Shown: in pieces, positions 25,495-36,675 of the stretch | Layout: every line of letters starts with the position of its first letter | How positions within the stretch are numbered: the first letter of the stretch is position 1 | Assembly (NCBI GenBank): GCA_012026655.1 | Contig: JAAILG010000726.1 | Coordinates: 1-64,000, forward strand | Length of the DNA: 64,000 nt | Source: Hydrolagus affinis | Lineage: Eukaryota | Direction: 5' to 3' | Program-made: the position numbers and the translations under genes | Notes under the pieces: model-generated | The model's input: only the letters and a program-made list of their open reading frames with translations | Database searches by the model: none | What the model was told of the DNA's origin: nothing

Positions 25495-25845
25495 GATCAC
25501 CTCAATCTTTATTCGGCTTCACTGGCTCCCCAACCCCCAGAGGATCAAGCCCAACCCCCAGAGGATCAAGCTCAAGACATCACCTTTAATACCCTCTATG
25601 ATCTTGCTCCTCCCTACCACTGCAACCTATTAAAACTTCACCTACCTGCCCGCTCCCTCTGCTCTGCAGGCAATGACCTGGTCTATATCCACTGCCTGCC
25701 TTCTTCACTATCAGCAGTCAGGCTTTCAGCCTTTCTTTCCCCATCCTGTAGAAATCCATCCGAGAGCCTTGCCATCTCCCCCCCTCTCTTGCCTCCTTCA
25801 AGGCTCATCTCAGCACCTTCCTATTTGACTATGCCTTTGGTCATC
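25495..25845 (+). mobile_element. L2 3' fragment
   Basis: cttcactggctccc...ccttcaaggctcatctcagcaccttcctatttgac; internal 21-bp tandem duplication. Confidence 0.75.
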
Positions 25846-26250
25846 TTAGAGCACTCACCTCGCAAGTGAGAGACCTTGGTTCCATTCCCAGCAGGACGAC
25901 ATGTTAGGCAAGTTTTCTTACTCCACACACACGTTTACCGAGCAGTAAGTCAGTCAGTCGATTGCAGGATCGCTTTTGCAAGTGTAATAATTCCTTCAAC
26001 AACAAAATAACAGTAATAAATTGTTCACTTTAATCCACAACAGTTTGTGGCACACTGCAATGTGCAATAAGCTGCCGTGGGATGTCCTCCCAACATGAAA
26101 GGTGCTCTACAAAAGTAATTTTGTTGTGGTGCTTTGCCCACAAAATATACAATCATTTCACTTTACAATATATTCTGTGAAGCGCTTTGAGGTGTCTCGT
26201 AGACTTGATAAGGCGTTATATCAAATGCAAGGATTATTATTATTATTGTT
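25846..26250 (+). mobile_element. SINE family A (long form) with L2-B tail inserted at ~26078-26131
   Basis: Head, gtttaccgagcagtaagt segment, Deu segment interrupted by gggatgtcctcccaacatgaaagg...ttgttg. Confidence 0.85.
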
Positions 26251-26654
26251 ATCCTCCCTCCTCCACCATCCTGGCTCTCCACCTTTCACTGATCCCAACC
26301 CACAGCTTGGGTGCAAATCCTCATTGTGAGGCAACTGAGGACATTCTACTGACAAAAAATAAATGCAATTTGTTGTTGTAATTCTGTGAAGCGCTTTCAG
26401 ACACCCTTCCAAAGTGATAAGGTTTGGACGCACAGATTTTTATTATTTACTGGGAATTAGGAAGAAACACCAAAAATATATATCTGCTCTCATAACAAAA
26501 CAATAGGGGTCCATAGAGCTATATTCCTGTTCCTTGATAATAATATTCATATAGTAGAATCATGTAGAATATTTATAGCGTAGGAGGAAACTATTCAGCA
26601 CCAATGCCTGCTGGTGATAATTACTCCAATTCCATGCCCTGCTCTTTCACTATA

Positions 26655-27739
26655 CAGGTAGACCCCGCCTTCCGAACGCCCAGTTACCGAAACTTCACTA
26701 TAACGAGGGTTTGTATTTGTACCTCCTATGCTCTTAGTGAAGGCTGCGTTCGCTATAGCGAACGATTAAATCTTGCGCGCTTCTCGTCTCCTGGCCAGCC
26801 CCGCAACACATGTTCGGTCTCAGTCGACGAAGCTACATACACTTACTACAGTATGCCACCTAAACGCCCAGTAGCAACATCACCAACCCCATCGAAGAAA
26901 AGTAAGTCCATCACGTTGGAAATGAAGATGGAACGAAGACCAGAACGAACGCCATTGCCCCTTCTCCGCTAGTATAATCCAAGAGAAGGCCCGTACAGTA
27001 TGGGAGGAGCTTCAGCGGCAGGATGCAAGGCAACCACATGACACTACTTGGAAAAAGCCAGCGGAGACTTTTGCTGCTAGCAAAGGCGACTTGATCATTT
27101 TCAAAAGCGATACAAGCCACATTCTATCAAGATGTGCGGGGAAGCTGCTAGTGCGGATGTTGCTGCTGAACATTATCCAGATGAACTTAGAAAAATCATT
27201 AAGGAGTGAGGTTATACACCTCAACAAATTTTCAACTTCGATGAAACAGGGCTTAATTGGAAGTTACCTGAGAAGAACCAGTACTAATTACGTCGCTGAC
27301 TATACAGAACCTATTGATGTCTCACCAGATTTTCCTGATTCTCCAGCCTCCCCCTCCTCCAGCAACAATTAAAATGAAGACCTCCTCCCCACCTCACCTC
27401 ATCTTCTTACGGGAAGTACGGAACTTTCATTTCACTACTGTATTGTGTTAAAAATTTACTAAATAAAATATTGTTCAGGTAAACAACACAAACATTTTCA
27501 TCTTGTATTCCTTCATCTTTTCATCTTGTAATTAAAGTATCGCAGCCTTCAATAGCAGTTCTACCTACCTTATGCCTTCGCTGGTACACCGCAAATGTTA
27601 GCGCTAGGCACCGCTGGGAACAAAACTGATTTTTTTCACATATGGAAACACAGTAGCAACCTCCCACCCACTTAACAAAATTCTCGCTTTACGAAGAGTT
27701 TTGAAGTCCTGAATCCCCTCGTTAAGTGGAGTCTACCTG
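26655..27739 (+). mobile_element. Tigger/pogo-family DNA transposon, internally deleted, transposase pseudogene
   Basis: TIRs caggtagaccccgc / gtggagtctacctg with TA TSDs; remnants MPPKRP..KKSKSITLEMKM and LDHFQKRY..GEAASAD..IIKE*GYTPQQIFNFDETGLNWK with frameshift and stop. Confidence 0.93.
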
Positions 27740-28864
27740 TACTCTTTAATTTATTTCATATGATTTTATCTAGTTTTGATGGATTCAGCTTCAAAGTCTA
27801 TTTTGGAAGGCATCCATATTCTAAAATCCTTGTGTAATAAAAGTTTTTTCCTGATGAACATGTTTTCTGTGCATTCTGTAGATGAGCCCTGTTGTCGCAA
27901 TGCAGCAAAGCCTAATGTTACTTTGAATTAGAAAGAAGCTTCATTATGGGGTGAACAACCCATTTCTTCAGTCTGAAAAAGTAGCTGAGGTGTCTCTATG
28001 AACAAATCACATGCTCCTACGGTTATACTAGAGACTGACTCAAAGTCGGCATCAGCCAAATGCTGGGCTGAAAGAATTACTGAGTGATGTTGCCATCAGT
28101 TACCAATAAGTTATATGTGTCATCACGCACAATTGAAGAAAAGCCTTTGCCTTTCTTGATGGTGAAACAAACCAGGCCAGTGTTGTCCATCCAGATTGGA
28201 TCAGCCTTGGATCAGTGTGAATACTTGGCAAGGCCAGCTGTTATTTAATATTTGAGCCAGTTGATGCACTTTCACAAGACTCCCGAACCCATAGCAATGA
28301 GATCCAAATTGATGTACAATGCATAACACACGACCAAAATGTGTAGCACATCTCTTGAGCAGTTATTGTGTAAAATAAAACTTTAATATATCCGGGGCAA
28401 TTGCAGACTGAGCAATACCATAAAGAAACATTAGAAAACAAGTAGCATTTTTTGAAAAAAAAAGTTTACATACAAACTGATAAACAGTTAGCTTTCAAAC
28501 CATAATGCAGTACTATTAATCTTTCCTTTAATTCTTTAGCAAAAACATCAGCTGAGAAAATTTGAGTAGCAGCAGGTGATGAGAGGGCAAAACTAAATTC
28601 CCAACTGAAATGCGCAGCGCTCCATCAAAGGTATTGTAAATAAAACATTGACCCTCTTCCCAAACCAACCAGGGGAATAACAGCTACTAATGGCAGATAA
28701 GATATGCCTTCATCATTGATATGTTCACTAGGAAGGGGTTTCAACTGCACTGCCTAGCAAATAGTTTGGTGCCTTCTTGAATTAATATTTCCACCTCTGA
28801 AGCCAACAAAAATTGACTTTTGGCAAATGGACACATCCCAGAATTGCCACAAGCTTTATCTATG

Positions 28865-29172
28865 TCCATAAATTATTTGCACATGTTGATGAGTCAGTCA
28901 CTAGAGGGTATCAATTTAAAATAGTTAGCGAACGAGCAAAGGGAGAGACTAAGAATATTTGTTTCCACAGAGGTTTGCTGGGACACGCAAAGCAATCTGG
29001 GTGTGGTGGTCATATTAGGTTTCAATAGAGAATTTGATAAATGTATACAGGGCAATAATCTTCAGGAATATACGTAAAGGGCAGGTAAATGAGACTAAAT
29101 GGATTGCTCTTTCAAAGAGCCAAAACTGTTGCATTGGGCTTTCTTCTGTGTTGTAAATTTCTATGCTTCTAG
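28865..29172 (+). mobile_element. CR1 LINE 3' fragment
   Basis: KLFAHVDESVTRGYQFKI motif (TRGH-like) and tttctatg tail. Confidence 0.75.
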
Positions 29173-29248
29173 ATTTTAATGGAGATTTATCCTTCGCCTG
29201 CCTACAAAATATACAATTACTGTACTACACTTCACATTAAGCCTGCAA

Positions 29249-29312
29249 AGCGCCTTGGGACGTCCTCCCGACGTGAAAGGCGCTCTATAAATGTAATTTG
29301 TTGTTGTTGTTG
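29249..29312 (+). mobile_element. Solitary, very young L2-B tail
   Basis: agcgccttgggacgtcctcccgacgtgaaaggcgctctataaatgtaatt(tgt)n with CpGs intact. Confidence 0.8.
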
Positions 29313-30039
29313 AGTTGTCCTCCTGATGTTAATGCTGCTGTACCAAATGCAATAATTATTGTTAGTTATGGTGATTGACAAGGAAACAGTGGCCTGATAT
29401 TTATCTTGGTTTGCAAAGAATTGCAATAAACCAAATTAAGAGAATTTAAGAATTTTCCAAAATTCTGCACAAGATGAAATTTCAAGGCAACTATTTTAAG
29501 GCTGAGAGCAATAGACATTTCAGATCTTAGACATTTTATAGAATAACAGCAATTTGCTAAATTTCGGAATCGAATGGAAAATTCTCTCAACCAAATGGTG
29601 AAAGAATCATCTAAATAAAGGTAGCCTTGGAAGCAATACATTGGTGACTGCGGATAGTTTGAAATAATGGATGAACATTTCTTGAACACTCTGGGATTCA
29701 CATGAGGCCAAAAGGGAAACAAGAAACCTCAGGAATATCTGATACTGGAGGTAGAATGAGTTTTACTACAATGAGCCAATTGCATGGGCAGATAGCCTGA
29801 AAATGTTGATGTAGAGAGAGTACTTTGAACTAATCTTGCTTGCAAAGTTTGTTCCAAAAACTTAGATCGAGGGTAGAAAGCGATCTCTGCCTTTATTCGT
29901 ATGTTTTTTTTGTGGGGGTGGTCAGGGGAGGAAAGGAATAAAATAGTGTGAGTTTCTTCCAGGAACTCTTCTGCAGCTTCTGATTCGAGCGAATTACCCA
30001 CTTCAACCGCTAATATTTCAGCAATGAAGATTAGTAGCA

Positions 30040-30350
30040 CAGTAGCTCAGTTAGTAGCACTCTCTCTACATTGGGACTATTAGCTCACAGACTTGGCTGA
30101 TACTCCAATGTAGTTCTGGAGGAAGCATTGCAGTGTCAGAGGTGCCATCCTTTGGATGAAACATTGCCATCCGTCAAGAGAAACTTCCTTCTCTTTCTGA
30201 ATAGCGGCAAGAGATACTGAAGAGAAAGAAGCTCTAAGCTCTAAGAGAAAGAAATTTCCTCGATGTCCTGGCCATCGAGACCTCAGATCTTTTTAAAATA
30301 AGGTTATTCAATTCATTGCTGTTTTGTGAGACATTCCTTTGCACAAATTT
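30040..30350 (+). mobile_element. SacSINE1-like DeuSINE, degraded
   Basis: gctcagttagtagcactct...gtcagaggtgccatcctttggatgaaacatt. Confidence 0.7.
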
Positions 30351-31365
30351 ACATTTAGCATTAGACAAATGTATAATTAACTTTTAAAACAATGGGTCCA
30401 AGTTAGGACGGTAGCAAGAGGAATGCATTCTATTTCAGGGCATCAGCCTCATTGACAGCAATTGTTGGATAGTCTGAGTGGCTTTTTATAATTCCTACAA
30501 TAGGATATACTACAATTCACCACAAATCAAGTAGGCACACAGAGATCTACAACTCGGATGACAACACAACAGGCGTGCTTGTGCTGCCATTCGCATGTTT
30601 CACCCATTAAACATGGGGCTATTTTGTACAAAGCGATGCAAAATGTGTTAATCTACAGCTGGCTGCCACATCACAATAGCAGCTGTTATGTAACAACTGT
30701 TAATTGAACAACTACAGTACATGCAAAAAAACTGTAGAATAATCACACTTTGAAGTTTCGGCTATACACTGATTTTAAAAAGATTGCAATAGATTTTTGT
30801 TAACCAATAAAAAGTGTAAGTGGAATTATTTTAGTTCAATCTTGCAACCTAGATTACTTTTGGTTGTCAATATTCTTTCAGGGATACGCAGGAAGACAAG
30901 GGATCTGAAGGATGGGATCATTCTTCATTTTGTTTTATAGAGCATGATTCTTAACTTACCTCTTAAAGAAAAAAAATTGTGATACGTTCCAAATGATTAC
31001 AAAATAACATAACTGTACATGACTGCAGATTTTTCTTCTTCAATAGTAATCTTGAAATATAATTGTTCAAATGTCAGTTCAGTTTTATTCCATTTCAAAT
31101 GCAAGAAAGCCACTGCATCATTTCAATTACAAGTAAGTGTATCTCAGGATTTAATGGTCAAATTTCTAGACAAGCTCACTTCAGTACTTAAAGAATTGCA
31201 TAATTCCAGTCGAGTGGTGCAGTGAAGATGCAGCACACAATGGCACACTAAGATTCGATCACTTTCCAAAATCATCAGGCTACACATTCTGCCCTGAATA
31301 CACAACCAATCCACTTTTACAGGAAATTCCGTGCTTTCAGATGTCTCAACGACTTGCTAAGGTAC

Positions 31366-31392
31366 TATTATTATTATTATTATTATTATTAT
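31366..31392. repeat. (TAT)n microsatellite within a SINE tail remnant
   Basis: Directly visible. Confidence 0.85.
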
Positions 31393-31586
31393 AATATCAA
31401 ATGGAAGGATTATTATTGTTATTCTGTCCTCAGATGTGATAAGGTGTGAATAATGTCTGGGCGAAAGCGGAGGAGACGTTTATGCTGAAAATGAAGGGGA
31501 AAACTACAAAGTGATAAAGCACGTCAGGACAGAATAACAGATTCAAAATAGGTTTCAAGTACCACTGGTATAATAGAGGAGAATAT

Positions 31587-31824
31587 AATAATAATAATAA
31601 TCCTTGCATTTGATATAGCGCTTTTCACATCTTATCGACGTCTCAAAGCGCTTCGCAGAATATACTGTAAAGTGAATTGACTGTGTATTTGTGGACGAAA
31701 TGGGCAGCCAATTGCACACAGCAGCGTCCCACAAACAGTTGTCGTTTGAAATGACCAATTTTTATTAGTGTGGGTTTTTTTGGACGGATTATTATTAGGC
31801 ATGTGGAGTAAGGAAACTTGCCCA
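31587..31824 (-). mobile_element. SINE family A, 5' truncated
   Basis: Aligns from ttgggcaag to the tail. Confidence 0.92.
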
Positions 31825-31944
31825 ATATAATACCTCAGGTTGAAAAATATACTATTGAAATATATTGAAAAGATCGAAATAGGGCATCAGGCAAGTGACT
31901 GAGCACATTGCTGTCAACATGCTAATCTATGATTAGTGGGTCAA

Positions 31945-32080
31945 AAAGAGAAATCGCTGGGAACACTCGGAAGGTCAGGCAGCATCTATGGAGAAAGGAA
32001 AGTGAGTCAACATTTCAGATCCCCTCAGAAAAAAGTTTTTTGTTTCAGATTTCCAGCATCTGCAGTATTTTGTGTTTTTG
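31945..32080. mobile_element. Penelope-like palindromic remnant
   Basis: ctgggaacactcggaaggtcaggcagcatctatgg is the reverse complement of part of 17525-17565; followed by gatttccagcatctgcagtattttgtgtttt. Confidence 0.7.
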
Positions 32081-32849
32081 TATGATGACTGGGTGCTGAT
32101 TTATATCCACTTATATTTTAAATAATCCTTGCATTTGATATGGCACTCTTCACACTGGGAGCATGTCTGAAAGAGCTTCACAGGATTATTGTAGTGTAGT
32201 GAGACTGTGATTAACTAAGTATTTTGTAGGCCAACTCAACACTCCCTTCTATTATCAGAGAAACTCCTTTCTATTTTCCAATAGTGCAATGGGAAAGTAG
32301 AAAGTAATAGATACTGGAAAGTACAAAAAGGGGCCAAGGGACATTGTACAGCACATTAAACAGGTTAAAAGAGGAGGAAAGAAGACACGATTTCAGAAGG
32401 AAATCCATATAGGGTCTAAGTTTAATATACGTAGCATTTTAGTAACTGCAGAATTGAGCAAATTCTTAAATACAATTTAGATGCTGGTTTATTGCAAGCT
32501 ATTTCCAGTTAAGACTGCATTCATCAATTTGTCAAATGCTGGATGCTCTAAAATGTTCCATACAAAGAGCAAATCTAGACCCAGGTGGAATTTCTCCCCA
32601 GCAGTACAGTAGTTAGTCAAGATGGGTTGAAAATGTCTTTGGATGAGCAGAAGCAGGGAGATGAGCCTTTGTAGTCCTGGGAATGAGGTTAAGCAGTGTT
32701 TGATTTCAACACAGTGTACTTGCAGAGATGGAACAAAAGAACAGTTATTTGCATTTACAAGGGGTGGTGGGGCTGGGGTGGGGGAAAGAGTCCTAAAGGT
32801 TGGATATACCAGAATTTCAATATGAGCTGAGATTGGATTTGGGAGGGGT

Positions 32850-33008
32850 GGAGCCCATGGGAGGGGAAGGAAGGAAGGAAGGAAGGAAGGTAGTGGGGGA
32901 AAGATGACCAAAGATGCGATCAAAGAGAAAGATCTTGAGACAGACCTTGAAGGAAGTGAGGGAAGGAGTGAGGCAGGGACTCCTGGATGGAGTTTCAGAG
33001 AGTGGTGC
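32850..33008 (-). mobile_element. L2 fragment with (GAAG)n
   Basis: gaccaaagatgcgatcaaagagaaagatcttgagacagaccttgaagg. Confidence 0.65.
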
Positions 33009-33039
33009 AAACAGACAGTTCAGTGGATCAATAAATGTA

Positions 33040-33182
33040 CAGTAAAGCCTTGATAATCTGACAACTTGGGCCCACGCACCTCCTAGATTTGGGAGTTTGC
33101 CGGTGTTTAGAAGTATTTTAAAATCTTGCCAGTTTTAGGGAGTGGCCAGCTTTCGGAATGTCAGATTATCGAGGTTTTACCG
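33040..33182. mobile_element. Tc1/mariner-pogo type MITE
   Basis: 24-bp TIRs cagtaaagccttgataatctgaca / tgtcagattatcgaggttttaccg with TA on both flanks. Confidence 0.88.
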
Positions 33183-34078
33183 TATCGCTGCTGAAAAAAT
33201 ACATTAGAGAGAGACTTGTTCTCGTATCTTGTCTGGAAGTGTGGGTCAGAGGTTCCGGCCAGACGGAACTTGCAATTTACAGAGAGCGGACTCATTGAGG
33301 GAAACATTTCTTCCCCACAAAAGAAGAAACTGTGTTTCTGAAAGGAGCACAAGATGTGGAAGTTTCATTTCGTGATCAGATTCATAGTTAACATTCAGAT
33401 TCAAGACACAACAGTACATGTTGGCAGAGTCAATTTAACAAAGTACTATACATGGTCTACATACGCTACTGAAAGGTTGTATGATGGTTCGGAACAGGAA
33501 GAGGAGAATACAATCCGGGAATAACATCATTCATCCTGCAACTGAAGTGAGTCAAAATGTACTAAAATTCTTGATTTCCCTTTTTTTAAAAAAAAACATT
33601 TAGCAGAGGTTTGGGAATCGAAGTGTAAATGCCAGAACAAGTTTTGAAAAGCAACTATGATTAAATATATATTATATATGCATACACACACGCGCGCAAA
33701 ATGTGAAATAAAGCCCTGTACTAATAAGACACTGGTGGTAACCGTTTCCTGTTTCTGCCTGGCCACATCCTTTGCAGTAATTCAAGACAACTTTTCCAGA
33801 TTTTCTCATACACAACCTTCTTTTATTCTGTGCAATTAGGTAGAGAGAAAGGAATAACGGAAATGGTAGACCTACATAAATCATATTTTTGAACATATAC
33901 CCTATATTTTCCAGCACACAGGGCTACATCTGCTTAGATCCTGAGGCATGTATAGTGCGGAAAACATTTTGTAAAAAACAATTATTTTCCCCCCCCACCC
34001 CCCACTCCCATACATACACATTGAACCTAATTGATTGAACCTAATTTGTACAGATAGGAAGGTTCCCAGGTCCAAACT

Positions 34079-34388
34079 TGGAGTCCTGTAGCTTAGTGAT
34101 TAGAGCACATGCCTTACAAGTGGGCGAACTGTGTTCAATTCCTGGCAGGATGAAACCTTGGGCAAGTTTTCTTACTCCATATGCCTAATAATGAACCCTA
34201 AAAGCAAACTACTGTAAATTGGTCATTTCAATCCACGACTGTTTGTGGGAGGGACACTGCTATCCACAATTGGCTGTACCTTTCCGCCCACATATATACA
34301 GTCAATTAACTTTACAGTATATTCTGTGAAGCGCTTTGAGACGTCTAGAAGACGTGAAAAGCGCTATATCAAATACAAGGATATCATT
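34079..34388 (+). mobile_element. SINE family A, full length
   Basis: Head ggagtcctgtagctt through tail gaaaagcgctatatcaaat. Confidence 0.92.
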
Positions 34389-34779
34389 AGTTGATAATGA
34401 ACTGCAACTGATCTCAAAGCTCTTCAGTTGAGTTAAGGATGCTAATCATGGTTCAAACTCCTAATCACTGTATTGTATCCTGGAAGATCAGCCCAGGGAC
34501 AGTGCAGGGAGGCAGAATTGGGAATAGCTTTAATGCTGACACGTTCGAATAGCATTCAATATCTAGCCTTATACCTAAAGGCAGCCAATGTCTGTGGAAC
34601 CATGCCACTGCAAGCCTGGCTTTGGTGGTAATAATAATCTTTGCATTTGAAATAGTGCCCGAAAAAGTTGTTGAAAAGTCTCACTGGATATACTGTAAAG
34701 TGATTTTCTGTGTATGTTATCTGCGGTTGTGGGGAGGGGCTGCTGGTGTATAAAGCATCGATATCATAAATCTCTCTGT

Positions 34780-35715
34780 CTACTGGCACCACCTTAAAAA
34801 TGTCCGCCATCATCCTCAAAAAACCTTCCCTGGACCCATCCCTGCTCCCAAATTACTGCCCCATCTCCAACATCCCTTTCCTTTGCAAGGTCCTGGAAGG
34901 AGTTGTTGATTCGCAGCTTTGCTGTCTAGTGCCTTGGGACATCCTCCTGATGTGAAAGGCGCTATACAAATGTAATTTGGTTTTGTTGTTTGCTCTTCCC
35001 ACCACTCGCGATACAAACCCCTCTGGTCATATTTCTATGCCACCCACAGCACAGAAACAGCCTTCGTCAAAACGACAAATAACATTTTGCCCATCTATGA
35101 CCAGGACTCCCTCTGTTTCCTCGTCCTCCTTGACCTCTCTGCTGGCTTTGATAGCCTTGACCACTCTATCCTTCTCCACTACCTCTCCCCTCATCCTTAA
35201 TGGTCTGTCCTTCAGTGGTTCAGATCTAACCTCTCACAGCATCTCCACAAATAGCTTCTCCTTCATCCCCCGTGCAATCATTATGGCATTACTCAGGGCT
35301 CTGCCCTTGGTCCTCTCCTCTTCAACTTGTACTTGCTGCTACTTGGTGACATCATCTGTAGACATGGGTTCCTCTCCCGTACTAGTCTCCGTGACCCCAT
35401 CAGCCCTAACCTTTTCCAGCTTCACTAGCTCCCAATCCTCCAGAAGAATAGAATTCGAAATCCTCACCCTCACCGTCAAGGCCCTCCACAGCCTTGCCCC
35501 TTCCTACCTCTGTGACCTGCTGTCCCCATATCAACCTGCCCCCTGCCATTCTGTACCACCATCAGCGGTCGGGCCATCAGCCTCTCTGCCCCCACTTTTT
35601 GGATGTCAAACCCACAGTCTCTTCACCTTGCTCACTACCTTGCCTCCTCCAAATCTGTGACTGTCCAATGCCTTGGGATGTCCTCCTGACGTAAAATTGT
35701 AATTGTGTATTGTTT
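34780..35715 (+). mobile_element. L2 LINE RT-region fragment with deletions and a nested L2-B tail at ~34920-34992
   Basis: Remnants of the NYRPISNLPFLSKVLE, HSTETAL and LVLLDLSAAFD RT motifs, then RIEFEILTLTVKALHSLAPSYL. Confidence 0.88.
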
Positions 35716-36012
35716 GTTGGAGGTGCAATCTGTTGGATGAGACATTAAACCAAGGTCCCATAATGCTGGATGTTAAAGATTCCGTGGCACTTTTTGAAAA
35801 GGGAAAAGATTTTCTCCCATTGTTCTGGCCAAGAATCCCCCCAATTAAATTGGTCAGTCACTCCATGGCTGAATTGTGAGACATTGTAACTGGCTGCAGC
35901 ATTAGACCAAAAAAAAATAGTCAAACCACGTTTCAGTATATACTGTGAAGCGCTTTGAGCTGTCTCAACAATGTGATAAGCGCTATATCAAATGTAAATA
36001 CAATAATTATTT
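35716..36012 (+). mobile_element. SacSINE1-like DeuSINE, 5' truncated
   Basis: ttggatgagacattaaaccaaggtccc...gtgaagcgctttgag tail. Confidence 0.8.
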
Positions 36013-36463
36013 TATATATGGATTTTCATGTCCAGAGGACAACTCAACGTGCCTCACAGTAGAGCACTGAAAAGTGAGCTCTAGTAATTATATATTTTGT
36101 AGGTGAATGAGTTTAATAACCAGTCCCACATCCTTATAACACTCTGTGGAAAAACAATTCTTCTAATCTCTCTCTTCATCCTCATCCCAGAATCCTTTTC
36201 AAAATACTGGGCACCAGAGAATTTGGGGTGAATGAAGTTCAGTATTTCCAGCACCAAGTACCTTTTCAAAGATTATAGCAAGTTATAAAGTTTAGCAGCA
36301 TATTGAGCAACTCTTGGTCTGGTGCTGTCATTAAGATCCTACTGTTATCAAAGTGGAAGGTTTCCCAGGCAGTTATGTCTCTGTAAGTTTGCAAAGTGCT
36401 ATTGTGTGCACCTGTATAATCCAATTGTTACTAAGAAGCTGTGTACATGTACTGTACATAGTA

Positions 36464-36675
36464 CAGTAAAAGCCTGTTTATCCATGACCTGATCAACCGT
36501 AACTTCCACATAACCGGCACCTCAAAAAAAAGGTCCGAGTTCGATTAACCGGAATTTATCCAGCACAATGTAATATTATTATTTTTTTTAATTGTGTTTT
36601 TGGCCGAATATCCGGCACGCACTTTAACCGACATTAGCCAGGTCCCAAGGGTGTCGGATAAACAAGCTTTTACTG
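36464..36675. mobile_element. Tc1/mariner-pogo type MITE
   Basis: 20-bp TIRs cagtaaaagcctgtttatcc / ggataaacaagcttttactg with TA TSDs. Confidence 0.9.

Noticed and set aside
25528-25570. 21-bp tandem duplication (and the 20-bp one at ~61279-61318)
   Set aside because: Ordinary slippage duplications inside dead repeats.
29729-30040. 103-aa minus ORF with an acidic stretch
   Set aside because: Starts at a SINE edge and has no motif or splice support.
34977-35660. 227-aa ORF, the longest in the track
   Set aside because: Mostly off-frame read-through of a decayed, C-rich L2.
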